Below, one piece after another: positions 60,561 through 64,000 of a stretch of DNA of 64,000 nt. Position 1 is the stretch's first letter, and the number at the start of each line of letters is the position of its first letter. The position numbers and the translations under genes were made by a program. The stretch is from IMG/VR virus record IMGVR_UViG_3300029705_000102. The stretch is one strand, 5' to 3'. Below the pieces are notes generated by a model, which ran no database searches, had not been told where the DNA came from, and saw only the letters and a list, made by a program, of their open reading frames with translations. Source of the stretch: an uncultured virus (IMG/VR IMGVR_UViG_3300029705_000102). Taxonomy: Duplodnaviria; Heunggongvirae; Uroviricota; Caudoviricetes.

Positions 60561-62348
60561 ATGCCTGTAATTGGTAATCGCAGATCCACGGCTTCCATGG
60601 GCGACGGTTATATGCATGATTCCATTTATGCATTTGCCGAGAGCTTTAGAGAAGTCGCTAAGGATATTTACAACGAAGGCGTAGATCTGTTCCTGGAGCC
60701 CTATAAGGCTCTTCAGAACGGAGCTACCAAGAATGCACTTAAGAATTTCTATATGGAGAATTCTTTCGATGCAAACGAGTTTTCCGCAGTTAACCCTGGT
60801 CATGCAGCAGAGCTTGCTGAAGATGCTCAGGCTATGATGGAGGCTCAGTTCGAGAATGACCTCGAAGCTATCTACGAGCACACTAACGTTGGTGCTATGA
60901 ACCCTGTTATCGGTATGACGTTCCCGCTTCATAAGAATATCCTTATGAACAACGTATTCGATAAGGGCGCTATTCCGAAGTTTGTTGCTCGTGAACCTAA
61001 GTTCACCATTTCCCTTGAGCAGAGAATTCTTCAGACTCCCGATGGTCAGGAGATCGATATGTTCAAGGAGCAGTACAAGATCCATGACGCGATCGCTGCT
61101 ACTGCACCCTACAAGGAAGTAGAGATGACTCTTCCTCAGACCGAGGGCGCTACTGATGTTCTTGCTGAGATCGGTGCTACCGGTGAGGATAATCTCTCTA
61201 TCGAGACTCACATTTCGGCTGTTAAGGTTACTGGCGTTCATCTTGAGGCTGGTGACTACAACCCCGAGACTGGTGAGGAGATCACCACTGCTGGCGAGTA
61301 CTCTTTCTGGGCACCCGTTAAGCTCGAGTTCACTCCTTCTTACGGCGAGATTGACCGCATCATCGCTTCTCAGGTAGTTATTATCGGTAAGGATGCTGCA
61401 AATGCTGGCCAGAAGAAAGAGTATAAGGACGTTATCACCGGCTTTATGCGTAACAACAAGTTCATGCTGAACGGTTCTACCGGTCTCGTAACTGCTGTTA
61501 AGCTTAACGCTCGTATCGATACTTCTTCCGCAATGCTCAAGACCTGCAGCGTTCGTTGGAAGGTTAACACCGATATCGTTGAAATCGGTTCGGCTACTCC
61601 TATCAACACGACTGTATCTCCTGAGGAAGTTAAGGACGTTGGAGCTCTTTACAATGTAAATCAGCTCTCTAAGGTTCTCTCCCTCATGAAGACTGTTCTT
61701 GGCGAGTACAAGGATACTTCTATCAAGAATCAGCTTGATCAGTCCTTCCTCCGTATGCCCGAGACCAACAAGTTCTCGACTACGTTTGACTTCGCTCCTC
61801 GTCAGGGCTATGCTCTTGATCACGTTGAGTGGCGTCATAAGACGTTCATGGACTACCTTGACAGTGTTTGCACTGGTCTCTTCCAGGTTCTGAACGATCC
61901 TAATATGACGGTTTCTATCTTCGGTGCTCCTGATCTTATTCGTAAGATCACTCCTACCGAGTATACTTATCAGACTCCTTCTAACATCGGTCCTGTTGAG
62001 CTTGACTTCGTAAAGACCGTTGTTACTTCGGACAAGAGAGTATATCAGTTCATCGCATCTGATAAGCTCCGTGGTAACGCAAACCTCATCATCGTACTCT
62101 GCCCCAGAAATACGAATCGTATTGTATATCGTATTTACGACTACCAGCTGTACGTATCGAATGAGATCCGTAACATGGTTAACCCTGCACTTCCCGCTGT
62201 ACATGCGTTCGAGCGTTGGAAGTTCGTAGAGTATCAGCCTGTTCAGGGTCGTATCCAGATTAAGCATCCTACCGGCCTTGCTGAGATCGCTCCTAACGAG
62301 GATCCTATCGGCGGTCGTTTCATGAATGACTTTAATCTTCTTAAGTAA
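60561..62348 (+). CDS. Major capsid protein
   Basis: 595 aa; very strong codon bias; head-module context; acidic propeptide-like N-terminus; late-type promoter at 60479-60491. Confidence 0.8.
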   Translation: MPVIGNRRSTASMGDGYMHDSIYAFAESFREVAKDIYNEGVDLFLEPYKALQNGATKNALKNFYMENSFDANEFSAVNPGHAAELAEDAQAMMEAQFENDLEAIYEHTNVGAMNPVIGMTFPLHKNILMNNVFDKGAIPKFVAREPKFTISLEQRILQTPDGQEIDMFKEQYKIHDAIAATAPYKEVEMTLPQTEGATDVLAEIGATGEDNLSIETHISAVKVTGVHLEAGDYNPETGEEITTAGEYSFWAPVKLEFTPSYGEIDRIIASQVVIIGKDAANAGQKKEYKDVITGFMRNNKFMLNGSTGLVTAVKLNARIDTSSAMLKTCSVRWKVNTDIVEIGSATPINTTVSPEEVKDVGALYNVNQLSKVLSLMKTVLGEYKDTSIKNQLDQSFLRMPETNKFSTTFDFAPRQGYALDHVEWRHKTFMDYLDSVCTGLFQVLNDPNMTVSIFGAPDLIRKITPTEYTYQTPSNIGPVELDFVKTVVTSDKRVYQFIASDKLRGNANLIIVLCPRNTNRIVYRIYDYQLYVSNEIRNMVNPALPAVHAFERWKFVEYQPVQGRIQIKHPTGLAEIAPNEDPIGGRFMNDFNLLK

Positions 62349-62376
62349 TTAAGAAAGATACACTCTAAATAAAAAT

Positions 62377-62410
62377 AAGACAAGAGGGCTTCGGCTCTCT
62401 TGTCTTTTTC
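62377..62410 (+). terminator. Intrinsic terminator after the capsid gene
   Basis: 13-bp stem with cUUCGg loop and T tract. Confidence 0.85.
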
Positions 62411-62488
62411 TTTTATTAGCTGTCAACTATTAAATAATCTTATATTTACGATATAATGAAAAATCCCAAGATTGGAGGAAACACAATC

Positions 62489-63661
62489 ATGAATAAAATA
62501 AATTATGATTTCGGTGAATTTCATAATGTGTTCGAAAGCATGCGCACGAAATCTAATGCTACTCCCGATGAATTGAAAACTCTGAAATATGAGCTTAATA
62601 GATTCTTCGATGATTCTACGTGTAAAGATGTACTTTATACAAATAATCTTGACAATATGTTTTTCGGTATCAAGATAATTCCTATGATCGATGCAGACGA
62701 AATTTATGAATATCTGGCAGACAATGAGAAGATTCGTATTGAGAGCTACATCGTAGAGATCGATTCCAAACTTCTTAATCCTATTATTGATCTTAATAAG
62801 TTTGAGCTTACTGCCATTCTCCTCGAAGAGGTTGCTAAGATGGTTGGCGACTCTACTCCTATGGAAAATGCTCGCAATGCTCTTACACTCTATCTCTCTT
62901 CTAATAGAACTCATATTAAGATTTCTCAGTCTGTTCATTATAAGGAACTTCTTGCTTATGGCTTGAAAGACTATTTGTCGAAGTGTACCTCGCTATTCTA
63001 TAAAGATGATATTACCGATGTTAATAGTGATGAATTTGCGATCAGTTATTGTCTCGTAGACCATCTGATTTCAGGATATAACAAGATCAAGGGTGATAAT
63101 CTCAAACTATATCAGGATAGCGAAATCAGTAAGTTTATTGTATTTAGCTGGGCTTTGAGCTTGTATAATAATATTAAAATTCATAGAGTTGGTGCTCTTA
63201 AGACATTGGCTAGATCTAAGTCTCTTACTGGTTCTAGACTTGAAAAGATGGAAATAGATAACGTTATTCGTAGAATTCAGAGAATTGATGATAGCGTTGT
63301 TCTGGAAGCTGCTGAAACGACGAGTGGCATCCGCCTTAAGATTAAGGAAAAACTTAAGAAGGCTCGTTTGAATAATCTTCGTACTATTGACAGCACTTTT
63401 TATGAGCTGTCTATGCAGGTAAGAAATGTAGAAGATGAGCATGATGCTCTCTATCTCATGAGACAGATTAACAACTGTATTTCTATTATCGATGAGTACA
63501 AGAATCTTCAAGACTGTGATGAGTATGAGCAAAATAAGTGGAAAGAAGCATATGATAAGTTCGTACAGCTTCGTGACAAACTTTCCAGTACTGTCGTATA
63601 TAAGAATAAACACTACGGAATTTTCGTAAATTACCCGGATATTGTAGAGAATCGTTATTAA
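62489..63661 (+). CDS. Hypothetical late (probably virion) protein
   Basis: GGAGG RBS; late-type promoter at 62425-62437. Confidence 0.8.
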   Translation: MNKINYDFGEFHNVFESMRTKSNATPDELKTLKYELNRFFDDSTCKDVLYTNNLDNMFFGIKIIPMIDADEIYEYLADNEKIRIESYIVEIDSKLLNPIIDLNKFELTAILLEEVAKMVGDSTPMENARNALTLYLSSNRTHIKISQSVHYKELLAYGLKDYLSKCTSLFYKDDITDVNSDEFAISYCLVDHLISGYNKIKGDNLKLYQDSEISKFIVFSWALSLYNNIKIHRVGALKTLARSKSLTGSRLEKMEIDNVIRRIQRIDDSVVLEAAETTSGIRLKIKEKLKKARLNNLRTIDSTFYELSMQVRNVEDEHDALYLMRQINNCISIIDEYKNLQDCDEYEQNKWKEAYDKFVQLRDKLSSTVVYKNKHYGIFVNYPDIVENRY

Positions 63662-63812
63662 CAATAAAGTAAAAGTTACTATCTCCCTGCCGTGATGGAA
63701 CTTTGCCGTAAACCGCGTGTTTGTGTTTTCATGTTGTTGTTCGATTTTCTCCTCCGTGTAAGTTTATATTTAAAATACCAGTAGAGGCATAGCCTCTACT
63801 GGTATGATTTTT
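63660..63812 (+). ncRNA. Putative late small RNA with an anti-(SD+AUG) module
   Basis: Promoter AACA ATAAAG TAA, identical to 1467-1479; TTTTCAT...TTCTCCTCC; terminator stem 63775-63805. Confidence 0.5.
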
Positions 63813-63813
63813 G

Positions 63814-63999
63814 TTACTCTATATATCTTCCAATAATTTGTGGTTTAGTTATGTCCCCTCCAATAAATACAACTATCCACTTTGAGCCTGCTGGAATATA
63901 ATCAGAATAATCATCAATGCATAATGCTTTATTAAGCGGTATTTCAACATAATTACTTATAGTAATATTAGAAATTTCTAGGGCTGTCTTTTTTGTATT
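63814..63999 (-). CDS. 3' end of a gene with a gp5/VgrG-type OB-fold motif (truncated by the window edge)
   Basis: Translation ...YIPAGSKWIVVFIGGDITKPQIIGRYIE* matches the PxxGxxVxVxFxxGDxxxPxxxG pattern. Confidence 0.6.
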   Translation of the reverse strand, partial: NTKKTALEISNITISNYVEIPLNKALCIDDYSDYIPAGSKWIVVFIGGDITKPQIIGRYIE

Positions 64000-64000
64000 T

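Noticed and set aside
1..64000. Chimallin (nuclear shell) or PhuZ/TubZ genes to explain the shared peptide motif
   Set aside because: No ORF here is recognisable as either, so nucleus formation cannot be claimed from this window.

Overview
AT-rich 64 kb segment of a jumbo myophage of the phiKZ/AR9(PBS1)-like type, probably infecting a Bacillota host (strong GGAGG ribosome-binding sites, a LysM-3D wall enzyme). It encodes subunits of two multisubunit RNA polymerases (non-virion beta-N, beta-C and beta'-C; small virion-type beta-C and probable beta'-C pieces), a family B DNA polymerase split into two distant genes, NAD-dependent ligase, RecA/UvsX, SbcC/Rad50, an SF2 helicase, portal, tail tube and sheath, fibre-like proteins, terminase, prohead protease and major capsid protein. 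Two promoter motifs recur upstream of genes: NATA(T)(T)AT-N5-TG (early-type) and AAC[A/T]-N6-TAA (late-type). Two signals stand out. (1) A set of putative late small RNAs, each with its own promoter and terminator, carrying antisense copies of Shine-Dalgarno + AUG regions; the largest (19266-19492) has five such modules in tandem inside a closing stem. (2) A short peptide motif, consensus (L/F)-(I/Y)-E-P-M-x-F-x-(D/E)-N-P, shared by about a dozen unrelated replication, transcription and small non-structural proteins and not seen in its strict form in capsid or tail proteins. All assignments come from reading motifs by eye; no database search was run. Several start codons were moved from the ORF track to RBS-supported positions.
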